Shown: positions 14,395 to 26,278, counted from the first letter of the whole stretch. The stretch is DNA of 56,330 nt, filler included, from Squatina squatina (GCA_031763465.1; 4 parts of 4 records of this genome joined end to end with filler, not necessarily neighbours in it); one strand, 5' to 3'. A program made the numbers and translations. Notes: generated by a model from the letters alone, not told the origin.

Positions 14395-14620
14395 ACAATT
14401 GGCCCGCGCGGCCTATATTTTAGAATCATTCTAAAACAAACCAATAAAGCATCCTTTTGCTTTTTAAACTTCAAAAAGCAGAATCTCACAGCCAGTTTTA
14501 ATAAGATCATAGTTGTGCAACACAGTCAGCTGTTATTCTTATTTATGGAGCAATTAAATTTCATGCTGCAGTTTGTTTCCCCTCCCGCCCCCAACGCCCC
14601 ATGACGTCACTAGCTGCTAT
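14395..14620 (+). promoter_or_regulatory. Pol II promoter-like motif cluster (2 CCAAT boxes, GC box, full CRE)
   Basis: ATTGG at 14398, CCAAT at 14441, CCGCCC at 14585 and palindromic TGACGTCA at 14602-14609, followed by CpG-rich sequence. Confidence 0.55.
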
Positions 14621-14786
14621 TGAGAAGCCTCCAGCTCGATGACATCTCCCGACCACCGCCACACAGAGCTGCGAACGGCTGGGTGTAAGCAGGAGATGTC
14701 TGGCGAATCTGGAGTCGATGCTGTTGGAAATTGGGTGAATCTCCACAATGGTGCTGCATGGGCAATCGTGGGGGACGGAGTGAGAG

Positions 14787-14858
14787 GGGGAGGCTGAGGG
14801 CTCGGGGAGAGTGAGGGAGGCTGAGGGCTCGGGGAGAGGGAGGGAGGCTGAGGGCTCG
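14787..14858. repeat. 27-bp minisatellite, truncated by gap
   Basis: GGAGGCTGAGGGCTCGGGGAGAG(T/G)GAG repeated about 2.7 times. Confidence 0.8.
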
Positions 14859-16764
14859 NNNNNNNNNNNNNNNNNNNNNNNNNNNNNNNNNNNNNNNNNN
14901 NNNNNNNNNNNNNNNNNNNNNNNNNNNNNNNNNNNNNNNNNNNNNNNNNNNNNNNNNNCTCTGCCGTGCCTGACATTAAGGTTCTGGTCTGACAGCAGCT
15001 GACCGTTGCTATAGGAACATAAAATTATTGGATAATCTTGTTCCTGCTCTATTAAAATGGCTTGCAGGTTGTGATACGCACACTGGGCTGCAGTTGCATT
15101 ACAGGCCTCCTGCTTTAGGCTTGCAGTCAAGCAACAGATTGCATTATAACATTTAGGTGATATAAAAATTCCAATGAATAGAAAACTATGTCATTCCGTA
15201 CTTCATTTTATTAAACTTGATACTTTTACTGAAATGTTGATTAGTAAGAATGGCTTTCACACCATTAATAGGCCATGAATACATATTCATTTGAAAATGA
15301 TAATGCTATAATTTGAGTTCAATGCTAAATGTTCTGAGACACCCAACTATGTTTTACATCACAAGAACGTGCTAATTAAAAGTAAATCACTCACCTGGTG
15401 AGTAAACCAAGGCATGTTTCAATTTATTAACAAACATGACATTTGCAGTCGAAATATTTTAAACTTTGTTGCACAAAGTTTTCATCTCAATCAAAACAAA
15501 TGTTTCCAAAAAAGCCAAAAATTCAGTTTCTGATTATTATAGGAATAGGATAGACAATGGAGTTGATCTTAGCAAACATCACTTCAATAACAGAGTAGAT
15601 CCTAAATGTAGTTCGATTTCATGCAACCTAAATTTACCACTAAAGGAGATGCAAATTTAGACATTTTAAATTATGAGTTAGATTACTGTCTCTGGTTTAC
15701 AAATGGTGTTAATAATAAATGACTCCTCTATGGGTGGCACCAAGTGAGTGTTGCTTTACCTCGAATTCCAAATCAACTCATTGATGAAAGCATAACATAT
15801 ATAGCAGAAAGCACCAGTTTACACACTATTTAATGCAGCAATTTATATTCATGGTTCAAGCTTATTTAAACATGAAAGTACACATGTTCATGTTTCTTGG
15901 CTTCAAACGAAAGTGGGTCAAAGTCGACCTGAAAAAAAAACAAAAAATAAAATGATCTAGTAGCTCGTCTTTAAAGATAAACACAAGATTGTTTGACTGG
16001 AGTTCAAGAAGTTTCTGACTCCTGTATAGTCTGTTTCAATAAAGAATTAAACAAAAATATTGTAAGGGCTTGTCATGTTACCATTCATTCATTTCTACTG
16101 TGATTTTGTTTTGCAAATGTAAAATAAAATATAGACTAATAATGAAGATCTAGTAATACTATTAACAGCTAGCAGGAAAGCACTTACACATTTTCTACAA
16201 AAGTGAATAGTCCATATTAACATTGGGTTAACTCAATTAAAATAAAACAAAAGAAAGACAGAATTCTGAGTATCAACACTAGATATAGTGGCACAATATC
16301 TTTCATAAGATAAATGTATGTCAGTATGGAGCTGTCAGAAATGTGATTGGTCATATTCCAAATGCAGTGTTTAAGTTAGAACCTGAGCTTTCTCACCACC
16401 TCAGCTCCACAATAAAAATGATTTCTAAACATTAACAATTAAGAATCTGTGGAAGTGGAGTACTGTTCTTCCAATCTGCTTCACGACCTTTGATTTTGCA
16501 TTTTTCCATCTGTTCACATTTTTACAGATGGTATTTCCTCAGCATTTAGTTATGGGAATCGATCTGTATCTATGTGCGTAAGTTGGGTGAAATTCGTGGG
16601 TCATTTTAAATAGGGGAAATAACTCACAAACTCCAAATAGTACACGATCATAACTACTCACTAGCTAAATAAATCATTACACATTTAGAATTCATTTATA
16701 CTTCACTAAGTGAACTGGGAGTGAATTGTTCTGAGGTGGTTTTGGACTTGGAAAATTGACTTAG

Positions 16765-16864
16765 NNNNNNNNNNNNNNNNNNNNNNNNNNNNNNNNNNNN
16801 NNNNNNNNTTAATTAATTAANNNNNNNNNNNNNNNNNNNNNNNNNNNNNNNNNNNNNNNNNNNN
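16765..16864. other. Artificial scaffold linker
   Basis: 44 N + TTAATTAATTAA (stops in all six frames) + 44 N. Confidence 0.97.
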
Positions 16865-17040
16865 AAATGGCCTAGCAAGCCCCTCAGTTGTACCAAACTG
16901 CTACAAAGAAGTATACTGAACACCACACGGACTGCAGCAGTTCAAGAAGGTGGCTTACCACCACCTTCTCAAGGGCGATTAGGGATGGGCAATAAATGCT
17001 GGCCTAGCCAGCAATGCCCACATCCCAAGAATGGTTAAAA
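16865..17040 (+). mobile_element. Elasmobranch LINE 3' end
   Basis: GACTGCAGCAGTTCAAGAAGG..CACCACCTTCTCAAGGGC.ATTAGGGATGGGCAATAAATGCTGGCC; a closely similar copy lies at 27950-28120. Confidence 0.7.
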
Positions 17041-17389
17041 ACACACATATACAAATGACTGCATTTCAAAATGATATTTTACTAGCCGATCTCCCGTGAC
17101 ATTGTTCATGGCAAGTCAGAGGATACACAGTAGGGTTGTTATGGGGAAAATGTGAGAGGGGAAGTGGGCACTACAGTCGAGATTGTGGAGATAAAAGGTG
17201 TGATGCCGTACCTATGAGTTGCTGTGCTTCCATCTCTATGGTCACAGCTTTCAGCTATGAAGACAGGGAGGAGGTATAGGCCNNNNNNNNNNCCCAAAGG
17301 GATGGGGGAAGGAGGTGACAAAGAGTAACTGCAGTCAGTCTGCCAAGCTTCCAAACAGTCAGTCACAGAGTGGCAGTGAGAGGTCTAGG

Positions 17390-17540
17390 AGTAGGCTGAC
17401 TGCCCACCTTCTCAGCAAAGGATTTAGCCTGGAGATTTATATGTCCAGATGCGGTCTGTGTGACTTGGAGGGGAACTTGCAAGTGATGGTGTTCCCATGC
17501 ACCTGCTGCCCTTGTCCTTCTAGGCGGTAGAGGTCGCGTG
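17390..17540 (-). mobile_element. LINE ORF2 C-terminal fragment
   Basis: Minus strand encodes RPLPPRRTRAAGAWEHHHLQVP; the same sequence family occurs at 52020-52099 on the plus strand. Confidence 0.6.
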
Positions 17541-17665
17541 TGCACACTGTACACACTGCAGTCACNNNNNNNNNNNNNNNNNNNNNNNNNNNNNNNNNNN
17601 NNNNNNNNNNNNNNNNNNNNNNNNNNNNNNNNNNNNNNNNNNNNNNNNNNNNNNNNNNNNNNNNN

Positions 17666-19686
17666 ATACGCTACATGGCCATGGACAGCTTGTACACCCT
17701 GCTCTACATTCAGGTGCGCTACGATGGCTGCGTCACGAACCAGACGGATGACCTGGTGGACCACCTGAGGAACATCAAGGACCAGTTGCAGAACCCCGAC
17801 AGCCACGTCCTCTTCCAGATCTGTTACGACATCGCCAAGGTTATCTCCAGCAAGTTGCCCAAGGACCAGCTCCACCCGCTCCTCTTCACCCTCTTCGAGG
17901 GCCTCTCCGACTACCACGCCACCTGCTCCAGCGCCACCTCTGTTGTGATGAACACCCTCATCCGGAAACACGGCGACACCCTGAAGGACCACATCCCCGA
18001 GATACTCAACCACCTCCAGTCGCGCATGCAGACCATCGCCCTGGAGCAGGTCAAGTTCTCCGTGATCCACTTCATCTCCATCCTGACCTCGCAGTGCATG
18101 CCTGGCGTTCTGTCCTACCTGCTCTTCCGGCCCCTACCATACGACAAGTACACCAGTGCCATCTGGCAGTCACTGGCACGGGAGGTCAAGCTGGCCACCA
18201 CCACCATGGACTACCTGGTTGGGAAGCTCAACGACTACCTATCCCATGAAGACAGGAAGGACACGCTGATCCGGAAGCCCCTGANNNNNNNNNNTGACAA
18301 AAATCCGTGGCGCCGCCCCTGACCACGGGCACTTCGGAAACCGTGGCTGTCATCTACGCCCTGAACGAGATGATCTCCAACCCAGAGTCCGCCGACGCTG
18401 TGGTCAACCTCTACCCTAAGCTGTTCGGCACCCTGCTGCTTTACCTCAGCTTTGTCGTCAGCGAGAGGCTGGGCGATGTCCAAGGGAAGAGCACGTCCAA
18501 GAGGAAGAAGCTGACACTGCAGCTTCAGAGCACCCAACCCATCAACATCTGGGACTCCTCGGTGGAGACCCTGAAAATGATGTTGGTCCGGGGCAAGACC
18601 GAAGAAATGGTCAATTTCATGGAAGATGAAGGAGGCTGGGACCTGATGAAGAGCGTGGACGACCACCAGTGTGGCGTGGCTCTCTTGGCCAAGGCTGTGG
18701 GCAAGCATGGCATCTCACATCTGGTGGACATTGTCCAGTTCCTGGTGCCCATCCTCCTGAACGTGCACGAGCACCAGCGGATCACGGTGGCCAGCTTTTT
18801 CGGGGAACTGCTGACCTCGCCCGTGGTGCAAGACCTAAAGATCACAGAGACCCTGGTCAGCAGCCTGCTGCGGAGCCTGGACGACGGGTCTCCCACCGTC
18901 CACTGGCTGTCCATCAGGGGCCTGGGCAACATGGCAGTCGGGGCCCCCCAGAAGATCCAGAAGTACGCAGAGAAGCTGCTGGCCGCCATGGTGGGCGGGA
19001 TGGACGAGAAGAACGAACTGACCGACCTCATTGTCCTGGAGGCCATGTCCGGCCTGTCCAAGGTCCTGCCTCAGCTGAACGAGGCTGACGTCCGGCCCAT
19101 CCTGACCAACATCATCTCGGCCATCCAGCCCTTCTTTGAGAACGAGAATGAGAAGCTGAGGGCCGCGGCCTTTGGCGTGTTCGGCAGCCTCTCGCGCTTC
19201 GGCGATGGTGACTCCAAGCCCGTCTTCATGGAGCACGTCCACTCAAGCCTAGTCAGCCTGCTCCTCCACCTCAACGACAGCAGCCCTGACGTCATCCTGG
19301 CCTGCAAGACCGTTCTGCACCTGATCGGCCCCCACATGTGCTCGGACAGCATCTGCAGCATCTTCCAGGCCGACCTGCTGGAGGAGGCCAACGTCCGCTA
19401 CTGGGAATTCATCAGTGAGCTCACCAAGCTGATCGTCAGCGACTTCCCAGACAAGATCAGCCTCTATCTCACCAACAGCATGTCCTTCTTCAAGAGCATG
19501 CTGCCCGAGATCCGGGGGAACGCGGTCATCCTGGCCGGCTTCTTGCTCCAGAACCTGCCCAGGGAGTATGTAGAGGCTACCACTGATGAGAACGTGTGCG
19601 TGGCCATCATCATGATGCTCCACGACGTCTCGCCCTGTGTCCGCATCAAATCTGCCAAGGTGTTGGGTCTCTACCGCGGTTTTTAG
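17666..19686 (+). CDS. MROH1: Maestro HEAT-like repeat protein, MROH1-like; C-terminal ~670 aa; intronless; 5'-truncated by gap; frame offset at a 10-N gap (18285-18294)
   Basis: Segments YIQVRYDG, LFQICYDIAKVISSKLPKDQL, LYPKLFGTLLL, EGGWDLMK, HQRITVASFFGELL, RGLGNMA, LEAMSGL, IQPFFENE, LLLHLND and FPDKI are collinear with the recalled human MROH1 C-terminus. GC3 is high. Stop TAG at 19684-19686, AATAAA at 19938. Probably a paralog rather than the ortholog. Confidence 0.9.
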
Positions 19687-20784
19687 CGCTGGTGGGGGGG
19701 GCAGAGGATGGGGGAAAAAGTCCTCCATCATCCCCGACAACGCCCCCAACTGGAGAAACTGCCAGCACCAGAGATGGAGGACTATTATTGAAGTCAGGAG
19801 CCCCCTTATCTGTTCTTGCCGACACCTCAGACTGGTTACTTGCTAAAGGCAGATCGGGATATCTCGGGAGGCAATCGCTATGTAGGTCTCCTCAGCAAAC
19901 CAGATGCGTCTGACAAGCATCTAATACATGTAGAATTAATAAAGGCATGGGTACAAAGAGCCAGGACCTAGCTTATTCATTTATCTGTGTCGACACATTG
20001 TCCGNNNNNNNNNNNNNNNNNNNNNNNNNNNNNNNNNNNNNNNNNNNNNNNNNNNNNNNNNNNNNNNNNNNNNNNNNNNNNNNNNNNNNNNNNNNNNNNN
20101 NNNNCAAAAGTGCCAGAATTTATGAAGGAGTGTAAATTGGCCAAAAATCTGGTGGATCTCAGGCCTGTCCCAAATCCAGCAGCCCCCACAGGTGCAACTG
20201 CCATTTGCAGCCCTCCCCCAACCCAGGAATTTCAAGCCCTGTGTTTAGATTTGTTGGGATAAAAACCAGAGGACTAAATTCCATGTATAATCCAATTATC
20301 AACACTTTATCTGAAAGACAATAACATAAACAGCACCATTTCTTCCAACGATAATCACTGCTGCTGCACTGCTCTTCATAAGTGTCAACGATGTTCACAA
20401 ACAGTGGATTTTCAGGCAAGCTTCAACAATCATTTTACTTCAATTATCTGCATATTCATTTAGCTCTCTCTTACAACTATCATATCATTTAAAATGGTAT
20501 ATTGGTTTATGTCTTCAAAAGCCTGCTTATATGAATAAGTAGTCAGCAGGAGATGTTATATTAAAGAAGGGAAAAGAGATGGCCATCATTTTGGTCAGGA
20601 TGCCTACACATGCAAATAGAGCTTTGTGTGGGTAAAATTTCCCAAATACTTTTATGTAAATATGAAGGTCCTTTAAAAAAACATGTGTAAATTAGTCAAG
20701 GATAGAAAAGTTCCTTATAACCACTAAACTGCACATAACTCAAATGGGTGCAAAAATTCTGGAATATGAAAATAAATAGAAAAA

Positions 20785-20940
20785 CCTTGCATTTGTATAG
20801 CACCTTCCACAGTCCTAAACACTTCACGCTCAATGAAGTACAGTTGACTTGTAATCACTGTTGTAAATGTAAAGTAGGGAAATGCAGCAGCCAATTTGTG
20901 CACAGTAAGGTCCCACAAACACGAATAAGATAATCTGTTC
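20785..20940 (-). mobile_element. Deu-domain SINE 3' fragment
   Basis: CTTGCATTTGTATAGCACCTT...GCAGCCAATTTGTGCACAG..TCCCACAAAC matches the fuller copies at 30085 and 46869. Confidence 0.7.
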
Positions 20941-20944
20941 CACA

Positions 20945-21202
20945 ATAACAACAACAGCTTGTATTTATATAGCGCCTTTAAAATAGTTAAACATCCCAAG
21001 GCACTTCACAGGAGTATTATGAGACAAAAAATTTGACACCGAGCCTCCTAAGGAGAGATTAGGGCAGGTGACCAAAAGCTTGTTCAAAGAGGTAGGTTTT
21101 AAGGAGCATCTTAAAGAAGGAAAGCTAGAGAGGCGGAGAGGTTTAGGCAGGGAATTCCAGAGCTTAGGGCCTAGGCAACAGAAGGCACGGCCACCAATGG
21201 TT
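20945..21202 (-). mobile_element. LINE (L2/CR1-type) 3' tail
   Basis: (AAC)n-GCTTGTATTTATATAGCGCCTTTAA...GACCAAAAGCTTG.TCAAAGAGGTAGGTTTTAAGGAGCATCTT. Confidence 0.75.
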
Positions 21203-21302
21203 NNNNNNNNNNNNNNNNNNNNNNNNNNNNNNNNNNNNNNNNNNNNNNNNNNNNNNNNNNNNNNNNNNNNNNNNNNNNNNNNNNNNNNNNNNNNNNNNNN
21301 NN

Positions 21303-21695
21303 ATGAGGGGCGATCTTATTGAAACATAAGATTCTTAGGGGGCTAGAAAATGTTAATGCTGAGGCGATGTTTCCTCTCATGGGAGAGTCCAGGACCAGAG
21401 GGCATAGGCTCAGAATAAGGGGGTGTCCATTTAAGACTGAGATGAGGAAGAATTTCTTCTCTCAGAGGGTTGTGAGTCTTTGGAACTCCTCGCCACAGAG
21501 AGTGGTGGGGGCCGAGTCCTTGTGTCTATTTAGAGCTGAGATAGATAGATTTCTAATCAGTACGGGAATCAAGGTTCATGGGGAAAGGGCAGGAAGGTGA
21601 ACTTGAGGAATGTCGGATCAACCATGATCCAATCGAATGGCTAGGCTCGAGGGGCCGAATGGCCTACTCCTGTTCCTACTTCGTATGGTCTTATG
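21303..21695 (+). mobile_element. CR1-type LINE 3' end
   Basis: Encodes KILRGL..MFPLMGESRTRGHRLRIRG..FKTEMRKNFFSQRVVSLWNS (CR1 ORF2 C-terminus), followed by the GGCCTACTCCTG.TCCT tail. Confidence 0.85.
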
Positions 21696-22763
21696 GTGTT
21701 ATGGTTGTTGTTGATGATTTAGCGCCTGCACATCTAAATGTGGATATCCTGAAGTGGCGGTCAGTCATTCACTGACCTGACACTGGCTATGCTGTGGACC
21801 GCCTGACCCATAGCCGGCAATTTGTGTAAACAGTGAAACTAATGAAAACTTGAGTGTTTCCTTGGTAATCTCACTGTAAAATATCCTACTAAATGCTTAG
21901 CCTTGTTGGGATAAGTATAACTTGGTTTTAACACCGTACTGACTGGTAAACAAACGTTGTGGCCCTGAAAAACTAATTTTTATATTTGTGAAATATCAAA
22001 TTTCTCCACTATGATAAAAATTACAATTTTTTAAAAACATTTAAAAAAAACTATATTTGATTATATTTCAGGTTCTACCTTATCTCCATGTGAGAGTCCC
22101 AATCTTTATTTGACTCTCTGCAACATTTTTAAAAAGTCTGGATAAAAGCAGCTTCTCATTTCCTGGTTGTCTGCCTGTGAGAACTCTGCAATGCTATGTT
22201 GCTGTCACTGCAGCATCACACTAGGAATTCCCACTACAGAGCGCTGAAATCAATTGAACGTCGAAAAAGGCAAATTTCTCGTCACATAAGATCTCTGTGG
22301 GCAATTTTCTTAAGGACCACTGACCTCAAATTACGGGCCATTAAATTTCCTGTGGCAATTGAGCCATGTCCTGGGGTCAGGGATCCTGGCTCTGACCTCT
22401 GAAGCAATTTTGTCCCACATGCAGCACATCAGCTGCCTCTGTAGCCTCCCCACACACCTCCCCACCCCCCACCACCCTCTATGGGTTGATGATACCCCTG
22501 TTCCTCTCTACTCCTCCACCAGGACCTCCAGTGCTGCATCGTTCCACTTCCAGACATCACACTCTTCAGTGGAAGTGGCTGAATGCAGGCTATATATACA
22601 GCTCCAGGAAAATTGCATCTAATCAGCACTTGAGTGCTAAACCAGGAGTTGTCGGTTTCAGCGNNNNNNNNNNNNNNNNNNNNNNNNNNNNNNNNNNNNN
22701 NNNNNNNNNNNNNNNNNNNNNNNNNNNNNNNNNNNNNNNNNNNNNNNNNNNNNNNNNNNNNNN

Positions 22764-23075
22764 CCTGGCTGAAGGGTCTAGAACTAGGGGTCATAGTCTC
22801 AGGATAAGGGGACGGCCATTTAAGACCGCGATGAAGAGGAATTTCTTCACTCAGAGGGCTGTGAATCTTTGGAATTTGCTGCCCCAGAGGGCTGTGGAAC
22901 TGAGTCTTTGAGTATATTCAAGGCTGAGATAAGATAGATTTTTGGATTCTAGGGGAATCAAGGGATATGGAGATCGGGTGGGAAATTGGAGTTGAGGTCG
23001 ATGATCAGCCTTGATTATTGAATGGCGGAACCGGCTCGAGGAGCTGTACTCCTGCTCCTATTTCTAAGTTCTTGT
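22764..23075 (+). mobile_element. CR1-type LINE 3' end
   Basis: SRTRGHSLRIRGRPFKTAMKRNFFTQRAVNLWNLLP plus 3' tail. Confidence 0.85.
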
Positions 23076-23689
23076 GTAAACTTGTGTCAAAATCTTCTTT
23101 CCTTCCTCTCTTTCTGTCTCCCTGCAAATTGTTGCACTATACCTGATTTGAGAATACTTCATACTGAATGGAAAAAAGTGTTTTAATCCCTAATGCCTCC
23201 ACAAGAGATTAGTTAAAAAAAAATGCATAAAATTGCAAAACACACATTGCACATGTCATTCTGAGGTAAATAGATGTCTGTATAAGCACAAACATTAGAC
23301 AACCTCAGGGCTGTGCTGTACAGTTTTAAGGGTGGGTCATTGCTGTTTGTTCCAATAACTGGATTACCTAAAAGGTCCCACCCCACGGTGATAGCACACC
23401 TATAAAATCAACCTTTTCCTGTGAGATTCATTGCTTTTTTGGTATTACTTCAAAGCATTAAAAAGAAATAATTTATATGAGGCACAAGCATATTAATCTC
23501 ATGAGAAAATCAGTTCATATTATAATCTTATATTTATTGAAATGTTTGAGCTTCCCAGTAATAATATTTTTAAATGCAATTACTATTTTCATATAGGCAA
23601 ATGTATTTGTGGCAGGGCAAGTCGATAATGCAGTTAAGAAGCATATGGGATACTTTGCAAATATCAGTAATCACTAATTAGACTTCAGC

Positions 23690-24050
23690 TGGAATGGGGT
23701 GTACAATTCTGGGCATGACCCTTTAGGAAGGATGTCAAGGCCTTGGATAGGGTGCAGAGGAGATTCATTAGAATGGTACCTGGGTGAGGGAATTCAGTTA
23801 CATGGATAGACTGGAGAAGCTGGGGTTGTTCTCCTTAGAGCTGAGAGATTTGATCGAGGTGTTCAAAATCATGAGAGGTCTGGACAGAGTATATCGAGAG
23901 AAACTGTTCCCATTGGCGGAAGGGTCAAGAACCAGAGGACACTGGTTTAAGGAGACTGGAGAAGCTGGGATTGTTCTCCCTTAGAGCAGAGAAGGTTAAG
24001 GGGAGATTTAATAGAGGTGTTAAAAATTATGAAGGGTTTTGATAGATTAA
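23690..24050 (+). mobile_element. CR1-type LINE fragment with internal duplication
   Basis: RLEKLGLFSLE..DLIEVFKIMRG..LFPLAEGSRTRGH; GACTGGAGAAGCTGGG.TTGTTCTCC occurs twice (about 23809 and 23954). Confidence 0.8.
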
Positions 24051-24052
24051 GT

Positions 24053-24120
24053 AGGGACTTGAACCCGCAAACTTCTGAATCAGAAATGAGAGCGCTACCC
24101 ATTGAGGCACGGCTGACACA
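24053..24120 (-). mobile_element. tRNA-derived SINE head
   Basis: Reverse complement GTGTCAGCCGTGCCTCAATGGGTAGCGCTC...GGGTTCAAGTCCC carries Pol III A and B boxes and matches the heads at 30497 and 47323. Confidence 0.65.
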
Positions 24121-24319
24121 GACTCAGACCGTCCTCATTGCTAGCTGCAAAACTATGGAGTGCTCTGCTGTGGCAAAACACAACCCTTCCGGCAACAAAT
24201 ATATGGGTGAAGCATAGGANNNNNNNNNNNNNNNNNNNNNNNNNNNNNNNNNNNNNNNNNNNNNNNNNNNNNNNNNNNNNNNNNNNNNNNNNNNNNNNNN
24301 NNNNNNNNNNNNNNNNNNN

Positions 24320-24560
24320 CTGTTTGTGGACCTTGGGAAGGAGCTAGAAGCGGGCTGTGCAGGGTTGGGGTACTATGAGGTTGGCGGCCATGGAGGGAAG
24401 ATCTCCAGAGGAGATGAGGTCAGTGACAGCTTGGGAAATGATGGCTTGATGTTCGGTAGTGGGGTCATGATCCAGGAGGAGGTAGCAGGAGGTGTCAGAG
24501 AGTTGGCGTTCAGCCTCTGCAAGGTAGAGGTCGGTGCGCCAAACAACAACAGGTTTTGTC
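24320..24560 (-). mobile_element. Penelope-like element reverse transcriptase fragment
   Basis: VVVWRTDLYLAEAERQLSDTS.Y..LDHDPTTEHQ...IVPQP.TARF is typical of the region just after the DKG motif in Penelope-type RTs (recalled). Confidence 0.7.
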
Positions 24561-25191
24561 AGCAGGTTTAATGACAATGGTGGGGTTGGATCTGAGAGAG
24601 CAGAGTGCTGCTGTGAAGCTGTGGAACGGGCTTAAAATAGGCGTTAGTGCCCTTATGCCCGCTGGTGACGTCCCGGGTCAAAGTTGAAGAATTGGTCAAA
24701 TGGACGCTGGTTGTGGGGCACTGGCGGTGTGGCACATGGCAGCAGCAGGCCTCGATGATGTCATAAACCTGCGCACCGCCGATTCTGCACTGCAGCTCCG
24801 CAATTCGCCGGTGCCACCATCGCAAAAAGGTGATGCCCGCGCCTGTTCATTCCAGCGCAGAGCACCTCCAGTTTCTCAGCGATTGCGCTATTTAAAGGGG
24901 CATTTTTGTCAGCCATTTTAGATCCTCCATTGTGGATGCTGCTGCTGTGTTGCTGTTCTGGAAGAACCAGGGGTATTAGTGAAGCATCACCATTAGAGCG
25001 ACATACATCGTGGCTTTGTGTGCACCATTCAGGTTAACTTTCCAATACATTGAAATCATTATGGGTGCTGCTTTAGCGGTGGATATGGAGCNNNNNNNNN
25101 NNNNNNNNNNNNNNNNNNNNNNNNNNNNNNNNNNNNNNNNNNNNNNNNNNNNNNNNNNNNNNNNNNNNNNNNNNNNNNNNNNNNNNNNNNN

Positions 25192-25416
25192 CGACACGCG
25201 AGCCTTCAGCTTGGCACAGACGAGGAAGGAGCCGGCCATCTTGCGGTGGAGGGAGTAGGTCTCCTCGGGGGGCGGAGTCAGGCGGTGCTGGAGCATGATG
25301 GGAAGGATGGCGTGGATGCGCTGCGTCGTGGTCTGGGAGCCAAAGTTGAAGGGCTCGGTCGAGGAGAAGGCTTCACCCAGGATCATCACAGCATCAACAT
25401 GAGCGTCCTTCATTAA
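25192..25416 (-). CDS. COQ8B: COQ8 (ADCK3/4) atypical kinase, terminal coding exon, truncated by gap
   Basis: Acceptor ttttctccgcag| then [82 protein letters not shown] is diagnostic of COQ8; the A versus B paralog call is less certain. Confidence 0.85.
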
Positions 25417-25577
25417 CTGCGGAGAAAAGGTCACCAGAGTCAGTGGCAGCATCGAGGAACAAGACCGAGCTCCGCCTGATCGGTCCCCCTACGCTCTATG
25501 TACGTCCTTACCCAACTGTGTCTCAGTGTTTGCATCTCGGGTAATCGCAGGCCGTCACTTTCCCACACGTGGCACAG

Positions 25578-26000
25578 CCTGGGTCTGATCCGGATCTGAC
25601 TCTGATTCGAGCCTGAGTCTGATCCGGGTCTGACTCTGATTCCAGTCTGGATCTGATCCGGATCTGATTCCAGTTCCAGTCTGGGTCTGATCCAGGTCTG
25701 ACTCTGATTCCAGTCTGGATCTGATCCGGGTCTGATTCTGATTCCAGTCTGGGTCTGATCCAGGTCTGACTCCAGTTCCAGGCTGGGATTGATCCGTGGC
25801 TGACTCCGATTCCAGTCTGGGTCTGACTCCTGTTCAGTCTGGGTCTGATCTGCGTCTGACTCCAGTTCCAGTCTGGGTTTGATCCAGGTCAGACTCCAGG
25901 TCCAGTCTGGGTCTGATCCAGGTCTGACTCCAGTTGCAGTCTGGGTTTGATCCGGGGCTGACTCCGGTTCTAGTCTAGATCTGATCCGGGTCAGACTCCT
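25578..26000. repeat. Hexamer-based minisatellite (TCCAGT/CTGGGT/CTGATC/CTGACT) in the COQ8 intron
   Basis: Repeated TCCAGTCTGGGTCTGATCC(A/G)GGTCTGACTC units. Confidence 0.85.
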
Positions 26001-26009
26001 GTTCCATTG

Positions 26010-26178
26010 AAACATAGAAAATAGGAGCAGGAGTAGGCCATTCGGACCTTCAAGCCTGCTCCGCCATTCAATGAGATCATGGCTGATCTTCCAACTTCAG
26101 GACCCTGTCCCTGCTTTCTCCCCATATCCCTTGATCCCTTTAGCCTTAAGAGCTATGTCTAACTCCCTCTTGAATATA
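26010..26178 (-). mobile_element. CR1-type LINE 3' end
   Basis: AAACATAGAAAATAGGAGCAGGAGTAGGCCATTCGG...; a second piece lies at 26902-27030. Confidence 0.8.
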
Positions 26179-26278
26179 NNNNNNNNNNNNNNNNNNNNNN
26201 NNNNNNNNNNNNNNNNNNNNNNNNNNNNNNNNNNNNNNNNNNNNNNNNNNNNNNNNNNNNNNNNNNNNNNNNNNNNNN

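Noticed and set aside
16809-16820. TTAATTAATTAA palindrome, also at 29549 and 42548
   Set aside because: Each sits in the centre of an exact 44N+12+44N block; this is an artificial six-frame-stop linker.
17363-19749. Antisense ORFs over the MROH1-like gene
   Set aside because: Expected shadow frames of a GC3-rich coding sequence.
25440-26015. 191-aa repetitive ORF
   Set aside because: Hexamer-period minisatellite within the COQ8 intron.
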